Part shown: positions 18,293-26,110 of the stretch, one piece after another
Numbering within the stretch: the first letter of the stretch is position 1
Layout: every line of letters begins with the position of its first letter
NCBI GenBank assembly: GCA_040754655.1
Contig: JBFMCE010000049.1
Span: 1 to 26,773, forward strand
Direction of reading: 5' to 3'
From: Bdellovibrionota bacterium
Lineage (GTDB): Bacteria > Bdellovibrionota > UBA1018 > UBA923
DNA: 26,773 nt
Notes under the pieces: model-generated
The model's database searches: none
The model's input: only the letters and a program-made list of their open reading frames with translations
What the model was told of the DNA's origin: nothing
Program-made: the position numbers and the translations under genes

Positions 18293-18323
18293 ATAATTAG
18301 CGTTCCCACAGTCAAAGTGTCAA
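18293..18323 (-). promoter_or_regulatory. Putative sigma70 promoter of the HU gene
   Basis: Perfect TTGACA (18323-18318, minus strand) followed 18-19 nt later by AT-rich TAATTAT, an imperfect -10. Confidence 0.4.
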
Positions 18324-18399
18324 GATTGTATTTAAATTTTTCTCTAATGATTTTACGCGGCGCCGGCCGTAAACTAAGAATGAGAGCTTAAAGCGGGCT

Positions 18400-19191
18400 A
18401 TGCAAAAAACATATCAAATTCGTGCCTATCACATCGCTGAAAGACTTCGTTTACGAGATGTTCGTGATCGCCTGGGATATAATCATAAAGAGCTTTCCAA
18501 TTACGAGATGGTCGTTCAGCTTGGAGGCGATGACGCTTACCTCTTGGTTTACAACTTTGGGTCGGTCGTCTTCTTCAACGTTTCAGATAAAGAAATCGAA
18601 ATCGAGATGGCAAGGCTGTCCGAGTTTCGAACGCCGTCTGACACCATGCGCACGAGCGATAACTTCGTCATTGAAATTTCTGAGACCGGTCAGAATAAGG
18701 CTCAATTTGATAAGCTGCAAGTCCGCAGCTTGAGCTATGATAGCATCAAGATCGCCAGCGTGCTTCTTGCGCAAAGTGTCGCTCTTGAATACTACGAGAT
18801 CTTGATCGAGAACTTGTTAGAAAAGACGAGCAAGTACACACGCATCCTCGAAAAGGAAGGGAAGTATCTTGATAAGAGCGAAGACCTTATCAAGTTCATC
18901 GGCTTGTGCTTGAACACGAGGCAAGACGTCATCGCAAACCTTTACATCGTTGATAGCCCTGACGAGGTTTGGGAAAATAACGATCTTGAACGCCAGTTCA
19001 CAGATCTTAAAGCCATTCTCGACATTGACGTTCGTTACCGTGCCCTAGAGCATAAGATTCAAATCATTCAGTCGAGCATCGATATCATTGTAGACCTTTC
19101 GAAGTCGCGCAAGATGACTCAACTTGAGCTCACGATCATCGGGCTGTTTATGCTCGACATCATCATTTCTATTTTCTTTAAGTTTTTCTAA
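18400..19191 (+). CDS. RMD1 / DUF155 family protein
   Basis: YNFGSVVFFN, LAQSVALEYYE, DSPDEVWE, LDIDVRYRALEHK and a C-terminal TM (LELTIIGLFMLDII). Confidence 0.85.
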   Translation: MQKTYQIRAYHIAERLRLRDVRDRLGYNHKELSNYEMVVQLGGDDAYLLVYNFGSVVFFNVSDKEIEIEMARLSEFRTPSDTMRTSDNFVIEISETGQNKAQFDKLQVRSLSYDSIKIASVLLAQSVALEYYEILIENLLEKTSKYTRILEKEGKYLDKSEDLIKFIGLCLNTRQDVIANLYIVDSPDEVWENNDLERQFTDLKAILDIDVRYRALEHKIQIIQSSIDIIVDLSKSRKMTQLELTIIGLFMLDIIISIFFKFF

Positions 19192-19222
19192 TGTTAGCCT
19201 TTATTGAAAGACCGGGGGAGAT

Positions 19223-19570
19223 ATGACTAAAGCAGATCTCGTCAATGTGATCTCTGAGAAAGCCAAGCTTCAGCACAGGCAAGCCGAAGTCGTTGTAAAC
19301 CTTGTTTTTGACCTGATGGCAGATGCTTTGAAGCGCGATGATCGTATTGAGATTCGAGGATTTGGAAGTTTTGTGAATCGCAGTTATGGCAGCTACCAAG
19401 GCCGCAATCCCAAGACGGGTTCGGTCGTTCAAGTGGCTCCAAAACGGGTTCCGTTTTTCAAAGTCGGCAAGGAATTGAAAGAGATGGTTGATGTGTACAA
19501 CCATCCTCGTCCTGGCGTTACTCCTCAACCGTTACCGGCTGATGACGACGATGACGATAACGAGAGCTAA
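19223..19570 (+). CDS. ihfB: Integration host factor beta-like DNA-binding protein with Pro-rich/acidic C-terminal extension
   Basis: MTKADL, RIEIRGFGSF, GRNPKTG and PFFKVGKELKEMV. GGGGGAG upstream. Confidence 0.88.
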   Translation: MTKADLVNVISEKAKLQHRQAEVVVNLVFDLMADALKRDDRIEIRGFGSFVNRSYGSYQGRNPKTGSVVQVAPKRVPFFKVGKELKEMVDVYNHPRPGVTPQPLPADDDDDDNES

Positions 19571-20329
19571 GAGAACCCGGTAAACGACAAAAACATTGAA
19601 GGTTTTTGTTTTTGCGATGTAGCTCAGCAGGCCGATCGCAAACGCTCCCGAGATAAAACTCGCACTCAAGCCCAATAGTATTGTAGCAGCCTCATTTCCT
19701 CCTGCGGTCAGCGCTTGCACGATGTACTTCCCCTTGAGTAAACCCGCTCCCCCGACGACTGGCGCTGAGAGCAAGAAAGAGAATCTTGTCGCCGCTGAAC
19801 GCGACATCCCCAGAGCAAGAGCCGCGGTGATAGTTACGCCTGACCGAGATACGCCCGGAATGATCGCCAGTGCTTGAGCCGCGCCGATAACTAAGGCATC
19901 CCTTACGCTAAGGCCGCTGAGGTTTCGTGACTGCGACCCTTTTCGGTCAAAATAGAACAGCAACAATCCAAAAGCCGTTAAAGTAAACGCGATTAAAAGC
20001 GGGTTGCGAAACGTCTCTTCAGCATGCTTTTGAAGGGTGAATCCAAAAATGACGGCAGGAATGGTGCCCACGATGAGATGCTTCCATTGGATGCCGTTTT
20101 TGTTTTTTTTCTTTTGGAAGGGTTGTTTGGCCAAATCAAGCCAGTCTTTCCAATAATACCCCAAAAGCGCTCCCAACGTGCCCATATGAAGCGCAACATC
20201 GAATGCCAACCCAGGGTCTTTCCATTCAAACAAAAAGGGAGCCAGCACCAAATGCGCAGAGCTGCTCACCGGCAAAAACTCTGTGAGCCCTTGAAGTATC
20301 CCTAAAACCAACGAATGTATGGGTTCCAT
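19532..20329 (-). CDS. uppP: Undecaprenyl-diphosphate phosphatase (BacA)
   Basis: GILQGLTEFLPVSSSAHL, FDVALHMGT, QALAIIPGVSRSGVTI and FSFLLSAP. Start could be 20329, 20338 or 20365. Confidence 0.95.
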   Translation of the reverse strand: MEPIHSLVLGILQGLTEFLPVSSSAHLVLAPFLFEWKDPGLAFDVALHMGTLGALLGYYWKDWLDLAKQPFQKKKNKNGIQWKHLIVGTIPAVIFGFTLQKHAEETFRNPLLIAFTLTAFGLLLFYFDRKGSQSRNLSGLSVRDALVIGAAQALAIIPGVSRSGVTITAALALGMSRSAATRFSFLLSAPVVGGAGLLKGKYIVQALTAGGNEAATILLGLSASFISGAFAIGLLSYIAKTKTFNVFVVYRVLLALVIVIVVISR

Positions 20330-20463
20330 CCTCTCCATCGTATCTGGCCGTCGGGGATCGGTCAATTTTGCCTAGCCTCTCTTTTGTGCGGTAGAAGGCA
20401 GTTGCCGTTCAAGCAACCGTCACGCTCGTCCGAAATTTAAATGAAGGGCATGGATCAAAAAGC

Positions 20464-22230
20464 GTGATGCTAAGACAGACGAAGTTCATTTTTCGCGCAA
20501 TTTATATCATCGTGGGATTCGGATTAGCCGTCTTGCTCGTGTGGATCTCTCACGATTTGCTGAGGCTTGTTGATCGGCACATGCGATCAAATAGTGCGTC
20601 GCACCATTATTTGCACAAAATCACTCAGGCCCGAATTCAGCTGAATCAGGCTTTTTCTACCGCTGAGATCGCCTTTTTTACCCAGGATGTAGCGCTCTAC
20701 CAGCAGGCCGTGGAAGCTGGAAATGGCGCCGTTAGGCAATTCAAGACTTACAAAGAACTCGACGACGAGACTCGACAAAAATACCTTTCACATTTCAAGC
20801 TAGCGCTCTTGATGATCGAGAGGTTTCGGCCCGCAAAGCCTAACACCGCCGATCTGAAGTACATTGCCGAGCTTAGAGCGAACTTCGATCAACTGATCCT
20901 CTCTTTGGTGAACGACGAGACAGAGCTCTGGGACAAATTGTTCGTAAGTGATTCTTTGCTTCTCTACAAAGCGAAGACAAGCAATCAAATGCTGCGTTTC
21001 CTTTATTTCGCTCTGATCAGTTTTCTGGCTTTTGCAGTTTGGGCGGCTGTTAAAGGGCAGAAAGCTGCGCTTGCGATTCGTGATAGCGAGCTTTTGCACC
21101 GCTCACTTCTCACGGCGATGTCAGAAGGGGTGATTTTTTGCCTGTCGAATGGTTCTATCACCGCTGCGAACTCAAGCGCTGAAACCATCCTGGGTTATTC
21201 GCCGAAGGGACTCTTGGAAAAGAGCATCTCTGAGGTTTTTGCGCAGCTTGAGATTGACGACCCTTCGCATGCCAGATCAAAGAATCAGAATATCGTCGAC
21301 CTTTTAAAGGCGGAAGAGCCGATTTCGAATCTTGTCGTGCGGTTTCATGCAAAAGACAATTTCTTGCGGTGGGCTTCTTTGAGTTCTCAGCCTCTCTTTG
21401 AGATCGGTGAAGAAGTGCCTTTCGGGTTCGTGGTGTCTTTTAGCGACATCACCAGGCGAAAACAGGCTGAGCGGCTCATCCTAGAGCAGCAGCAGCAGAT
21501 TGTGTTTGCCTCGAAACTTTCGGCCCTAGGAGAAATGGCGGCAGGTGTTGCGCACGAGATCAATAACCCGCTCACGGTCATACACGCGAAGGCCGGGCTT
21601 CTTAAAGATTTGGCCGAAGCGGGTGAGTTGACGGGAACGAAACTCTTGGAAATGGCCAAGTCCATTGAGTCAACGGCGATGCGCATTTCAAAGATAGTCC
21701 GCGGGTTGCGCGCGCTAGCCAGAGATGGGAGGAATGATCCCTTTGAGATGGCTTCTCTTGGTGGCATTGTCGATCATGTTTTAGAGATCTGCCGGCAACG
21801 TTACATCGACCATGGGGTTCGGTTAGAGGTTGCGCCAGTTCCTGCGAGTTTAAACATTGAGTGCCGCCAGACCCAGGTTGAGCAAGTGCTTCTGAATTTG
21901 CTGAGCAATGCTTACGACGCCGTTGTTGACCTGGAAGAGCGATGGGTGAGGATTGAGTTTAATGCGCTTCAAGACGACCTAGAGATCACGGTGAGCGACA
22001 GCGGCCCAGGAGTTCCAAAAGAACTGCGTGAAAAAATCTTTCAACCCTTCTTTACCACAAAAGAGGTGGGAAAAGGCACAGGTCTGGGATTGGGCATTTC
22101 ATTGAGCCTCGTGGCAGAGCATAACGGGCGGTTGACCCTAGATTCTTCGTCGAATCACACCCGTTTTGTGGTTCGGCTTCCATTGCGGCAATCAAAGAAA
22201 CTGAGTAAACAAGACCCACTCGCGGCTTGA
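20464..22230 (+). CDS. Membrane-bound PAS-domain sensor histidine kinase
   Basis: Two TM helices around a periplasmic domain. PAS (MSEGVI…ANSSAETILGY…DITRRK). H-box GVAHEINNPL, N-box NLLSNAYDA, DSGPG, FQPFFTTK and GTGLGL. Start is GTG 20464 or ATG 20467. Confidence 0.95.
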   Translation: MMLRQTKFIFRAIYIIVGFGLAVLLVWISHDLLRLVDRHMRSNSASHHYLHKITQARIQLNQAFSTAEIAFFTQDVALYQQAVEAGNGAVRQFKTYKELDDETRQKYLSHFKLALLMIERFRPAKPNTADLKYIAELRANFDQLILSLVNDETELWDKLFVSDSLLLYKAKTSNQMLRFLYFALISFLAFAVWAAVKGQKAALAIRDSELLHRSLLTAMSEGVIFCLSNGSITAANSSAETILGYSPKGLLEKSISEVFAQLEIDDPSHARSKNQNIVDLLKAEEPISNLVVRFHAKDNFLRWASLSSQPLFEIGEEVPFGFVVSFSDITRRKQAERLILEQQQQIVFASKLSALGEMAAGVAHEINNPLTVIHAKAGLLKDLAEAGELTGTKLLEMAKSIESTAMRISKIVRGLRALARDGRNDPFEMASLGGIVDHVLEICRQRYIDHGVRLEVAPVPASLNIECRQTQVEQVLLNLLSNAYDAVVDLEERWVRIEFNALQDDLEITVSDSGPGVPKELREKIFQPFFTTKEVGKGTGLGLGISLSLVAEHNGRLTLDSSSNHTRFVVRLPLRQSKKLSKQDPLAA

Positions 22231-22236
22231 AGTGGA

Positions 22237-22278
22237 AAGGCCCGAAACAAGACGCGCTGGTCGCTTACTTCGGGCCTT
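22237..22278. terminator. Inverted repeat between the convergent kinase and S41 genes; probable terminator
   Basis: AAGGCCCGAA (22237-22246) and TTCGGGCCTT (22269-22278) are perfect 10-bp complements. U-tails are short. Confidence 0.55.
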
Positions 22279-22306
22279 CAGTATTGAACAAAATCTGCTC
22301 GCACTC

Positions 22307-24076
22307 TTAGGGTATTCCAAGTCCGTCGAAGATTTTCTTAACTTCCTTTACAGTGCCCTCCCGCATTCTTTCCCAGCACTCCAAAGTTTCTTGAGCATAA
22401 AGCACCTGATAGTCCTGAGGAAGAGCGTCATCTTCATGAGCGACATATCTCCTTTGGGCTTGGTTTCCCTGGTCGATGCACTTCTTGAGACTTCCGATCA
22501 CCGAAGGACGTGGCTGAATCCAAGGGCTCCCTTCCGGAGGCAGAGCATTGGTATACAAGTCTTCCTCGCGTTGAGCATACGTGTCTAATTTGCTTGGATT
22601 AGGATTGTCGTAGACTATGAGGTCTGGGATAACCCCTTCGATTTGATTGGTGCGACCTGACGGCAGGTAGAACCTAGCTGTCGTGCTCATTTTCAGTATC
22701 TTCGGATTACTTTTTAATCTCGAAGGAGTTTGAACAGTGCCCTTTCCAAAAGTCCTCGCTCCGACGATGAAGGCCCTTTGATGGTCTTGAAGCGCTCCTG
22801 CCACGATTTCAGAGGCGCTGGCAGATCCAGCATCAACCAAAAGCACCAGCGGTAAGATTGTGAATGCTGGTATCGTTGTTCGTTCTTCAAAAGACTCATC
22901 CTCAGGATCCGTGGTATCAATGTCTTTCACGAAGACAACTCGCTTGTTTCTGGGCAGGAATAAATTCGAAATGCAAGTGGCTTGGCTCAATAGACCCCCG
23001 CCATTTTCTCTGAGGTCCAGGATAATTCGTTTTACATTTCTTTTTAGTAAAGTTCCCAGTTCGACGGCAACTTTCATGCATGATTGATTTTCGCTGAATG
23101 AATTCAGCTTGATGTAGCCAGTCTCACCAAGTGCGAGGTCAAAACCTTCAAGCGGTTTGCTAGAGACGTTCTCTGTGACGACGGGACGTCGTTTGAGCTC
23201 AAAATAAAGGGTGATCTGTTGCTTCCGTTCGATGGCAAGTTTAACCATCGTTCCTTCCGGACCACGGATTTTCGCAACGACGGCTTCTAGATCGAGATCA
23301 GAGACGTCTTCGCCATTCACGTGAGTGATGACGTCCTTGGCTCTGATACCCGCTTCAAGCGCAGCTCCTCCTTCAATCGGTTGAATGATGACAACACGAC
23401 CGTTTCTTTTTTGAAGGACGGCTCCTACGCCCACGAAACTTTCAGTCACGGATTGCCTTTGGTCGGCTTGGTATTCAGCCGGTGAGAGGTATGTGTGAGG
23501 ATCAAAGGCGGCACCGAGGTAGCTATTGATTGCAGTGGCTGAAATCATCTCTATTGGAGATGATTTCACGATCTTCTTTTCAGCAAAATCGAAGATATTG
23601 TTTATCTGCAGGGCGGTTGCGCCTTGTTTTTGAAATAGGCTCACCCAGGCCACCAGGTCTTCCCGGCCTTGCTTTTTTAAAGTCTCATTTTCAGTGATGC
23701 GTTCTTCGGTGCCTACTTCTGAAGCGTACTTTATTTCTTGAAGCTCAACCATCTTTACGATCCCGAAGCTCCGTACGGTCTTGCCCAGCCACTTTCTTTT
23801 TGACTGAATATGAGTATCAAGCGCAAGCGTGAGGCCTGGTTTCCCCTTTGCAAGCATCGTATTTAAGCCTTGTACGCATCCAAGAAAGCTCTCTTTGTCA
23901 GTGGAACAGTTTTTCGGATTGATGAAACCGCGCACGTCTTTCAGTGAGATGCCAGTTTCTTTCCAGTATTCTGAGAATTCTTTCTTTGCCGAGAAAGCCG
24001 ATGAGACTAAAAAACACTGAGAAGCCAAGAAAACAGAGAATAAGGCCCTAGCTGAGATACCCCTAAATAAAACCAT
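22307..24076 (-). CDS. S41 family carboxyl-terminal processing protease with PDZ domain (CtpA/Prc-like), secreted
   Basis: Signal peptide (…SSAFSA-K), DPHTYL, PDZ FVGVGAVL, GYIKLNSF, LDLRENGGG, catalytic SASASEIVAGALQD and TFGKGTVQ, and TTARFYLPSG. Confidence 0.95.
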   Translation of the reverse strand: MVLFRGISARALFSVFLASQCFLVSSAFSAKKEFSEYWKETGISLKDVRGFINPKNCSTDKESFLGCVQGLNTMLAKGKPGLTLALDTHIQSKRKWLGKTVRSFGIVKMVELQEIKYASEVGTEERITENETLKKQGREDLVAWVSLFQKQGATALQINNIFDFAEKKIVKSSPIEMISATAINSYLGAAFDPHTYLSPAEYQADQRQSVTESFVGVGAVLQKRNGRVVIIQPIEGGAALEAGIRAKDVITHVNGEDVSDLDLEAVVAKIRGPEGTMVKLAIERKQQITLYFELKRRPVVTENVSSKPLEGFDLALGETGYIKLNSFSENQSCMKVAVELGTLLKRNVKRIILDLRENGGGLLSQATCISNLFLPRNKRVVFVKDIDTTDPEDESFEERTTIPAFTILPLVLLVDAGSASASEIVAGALQDHQRAFIVGARTFGKGTVQTPSRLKSNPKILKMSTTARFYLPSGRTNQIEGVIPDLIVYDNPNPSKLDTYAQREEDLYTNALPPEGSPWIQPRPSVIGSLKKCIDQGNQAQRRYVAHEDDALPQDYQVLYAQETLECWERMREGTVKEVKKIFDGLGIP

Positions 24077-24171
24077 TTCATACCCCCTAAAAATATCCCT
24101 ACAGAGGCGCTACCGCTTGTGTCGCAATGAGTCAAGATGGAGATGGTTTTTTTCCCCGAGAATACAAAAGC

Positions 24172-24867
24172 TCAATCGGTGTTCGACGAGGCTTGTAGAG
24201 CGTGTTGAATGAGCGCTTCACACAGGGCTGCTGACACTTTTTGCAGGTTTTGGGGAAATTCTTCATGGGTGCCTTCGTAAGCAAAGTCAACGATGCCCCG
24301 AAGAACGGCGCAGTGAACTTGGGCTTGGTTGCAAACCGCAACACAACCGGCGCTTTCCCAGTCGACCGAAAGTCCCTGGTGCAGCGCCAAGAGCTCGTCC
24401 CGTCGCGCGGTGGTGACGATGTCTTCATTTCCAGATAAGATCCTGCCTTTTGTAATGCGCTTGCGAGCAGCCACACAGAAGTTAAAGATCGAATTGCTGA
24501 GAGACTCGCTTGTCTCATGTTCGGGAAGTCTTTCGGGTCTGCCGAATTTTCGGTAATAGTCATACTCAATCACGGTATCCGCCAAAACAAGATCGCCGAT
24601 CTTGAGCTCGTTACTCAAGGCGCCCGCACAACCAAAGTGGATGATTTCTTCGAGATCAAAAGTGTCGATGAGAAGTTGAGTGGCTGAAGCACTGTTGATC
24701 TTGCCGCATCCCGAGATGATGACGACGCACTCTTTGTCGCCGATGAAGCCGCGTACCATTCTCCTTCCATGCACCCGCGTTTCTTGTTTCTTCTCAAGAC
24801 TTTGGATGAGTGCAGAGCCTTCTCTGAGCATGGGTGCGACGTAGCCATATTTTAGATTTGATGCCAT
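24172..24867 (-). CDS. mtnN: 5'-methylthioadenosine/S-adenosylhomocysteine nucleosidase-like protein (PNP/UDP phosphorylase superfamily)
   Basis: APMLRE, SGCGKINSA, FGCAGAL, IGDLVLA, GRILSGN, VDWESAG and LRGIVD. Start 24867 (AGGTGG upstream) preferred over 24915. Confidence 0.75.
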   Translation of the reverse strand: MASNLKYGYVAPMLREGSALIQSLEKKQETRVHGRRMVRGFIGDKECVVIISGCGKINSASATQLLIDTFDLEEIIHFGCAGALSNELKIGDLVLADTVIEYDYYRKFGRPERLPEHETSESLSNSIFNFCVAARKRITKGRILSGNEDIVTTARRDELLALHQGLSVDWESAGCVAVCNQAQVHCAVLRGIVDFAYEGTHEEFPQNLQKVSAALCEALIQHALQASSNTD

Positions 24868-24953
24868 GGGTTCGCCACCTGTATTTGGGTCTGGCACTTC
24901 TACCGCACCTGTCATTGGGCCGCAATCTTGGTGTTTTGGGCTCGGCGGTCCTT

Positions 24954-25886
24954 TTACGGAACGGGTCGTTTTAGCCTGAAAACCCTTCTGAGGATGCTCT
25001 CAGTCCGTTCCCATTCATTCTTTTCTAAATTCTCAGGAGCAACAACCAAGTGGTGCGGAAAAGAGGCGTGCAATGGAAAGAATCGCCATTGCGTTAAGGC
25101 ATGCCTACGAATGAGATTCTTGATCCCAAGAGGGCTTACAAGTTCGTCTCTAGGATCAATGAGGACTGCCGTTCGGATATTCGATTTTTCGAAATTGCTG
25201 GATTCCAGGTGCGCCAGCGACTCAAACAACGCTTTGTATGCCGCGATCGTGCAGCCTCCACGCGAACTGTATTTACTCTTCGTAACACCCGGAAAAACGA
25301 AACCATCCGATAGAGGCCAGAACAATTTGATCAGGTGGCTGGTGGGCTTCACCGCGATGGCCGGTGCGAAAAGGGCCGCACTGTCGAACCGCACGTCCTG
25401 AGCGCCAGCCGAGTTGAGCAGGTCTTGTCCCACGAGAGCTCCTAATGAAAACCCTACGAAGTGCAACGGTAGTCCTAGTCCATCTGCTCTAGACCTTGCC
25501 AGGCAGTACGCCTTGAAAAAATCCTTGAGCCAAAGAGTGCGAGACACCTCCGCCATTTCTTCCGCCGAACCCCGATGGCCCGTCAGACCCAACCTCAAGA
25601 CGTCAACGCCGTTACGGTTCAAGAGCAGCGCCACCTCATTCATAAGGCTTGGTTTGGTGGCTAGCCCATGCACGGCTAGCGCTATCGCCTGCGGACGAGA
25701 AGAGGGAGCATAAAACCATCGGGTAAGTTCGCCACGGTCGTATCGCTCAGGGTCCTCTACAGAGTTGATCGAAGAAAGAGAGACTTTTAGATTCGAGCAA
25801 TTCGGCAAACCAAGTCCGTCTTTCTCAACCGGGGATGCTGCCAAGTGAGTTGCCGCCAAGAACAGGCAAATGAATAGGCTTGGCAT
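24954..25886 (-). CDS. Alpha/beta hydrolase (esterase/lipase-like), probably secreted
   Basis: VHGL oxyanion motif, LTGHRG, nucleophile elbow GFSLG, DPRDELV (Asp) and PHHL (His). A start at 25886 gives signal-like MPSLFICLFLAATHLAA; alternative GTG start at 25949. Confidence 0.85.
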   Translation of the reverse strand: MPSLFICLFLAATHLAASPVEKDGLGLPNCSNLKVSLSSINSVEDPERYDRGELTRWFYAPSSRPQAIALAVHGLATKPSLMNEVALLLNRNGVDVLRLGLTGHRGSAEEMAEVSRTLWLKDFFKAYCLARSRADGLGLPLHFVGFSLGALVGQDLLNSAGAQDVRFDSAALFAPAIAVKPTSHLIKLFWPLSDGFVFPGVTKSKYSSRGGCTIAAYKALFESLAHLESSNFEKSNIRTAVLIDPRDELVSPLGIKNLIRRHALTQWRFFPLHASFPHHLVVAPENLEKNEWERTESILRRVFRLKRPVP

Positions 25887-26110
25887 TCTACGTGAGGTCT
25901 TCTCACGAGAACCAAGAATAAAATTTAAAAATTGAGGGCGCTGTTTCACGTGGGATTCGCTACCAAACTTGGCGTTCTTAAGAAAATGATTTCTTCGTTA
26001 CATCAGGTCTTTCCTGCTTGAACTTCTCTCTGGGTCCCAATGCATCGAGTCGGGTTCGGTCCTTGCACCTGACATGGACTGCTCTATTTGGTTTTTGACT
26101 TGGGGGGCCT

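Noticed and set aside
22232..22588. 118-aa plus-strand ORF after the kinase as a possible response regulator
   Set aside because: No receiver-domain motifs. It overlaps the hairpin and is antisense to the S41 gene.
24928..25401. 157-aa plus-strand ORF
   Set aside because: Antisense shadow of the alpha/beta hydrolase.
25942..25957. parS-like TGTTTCACGTGGGATT
   Set aside because: Only one half-site matches the parS palindrome, it is a single copy, and there are no parAB or oriC genes in the window.
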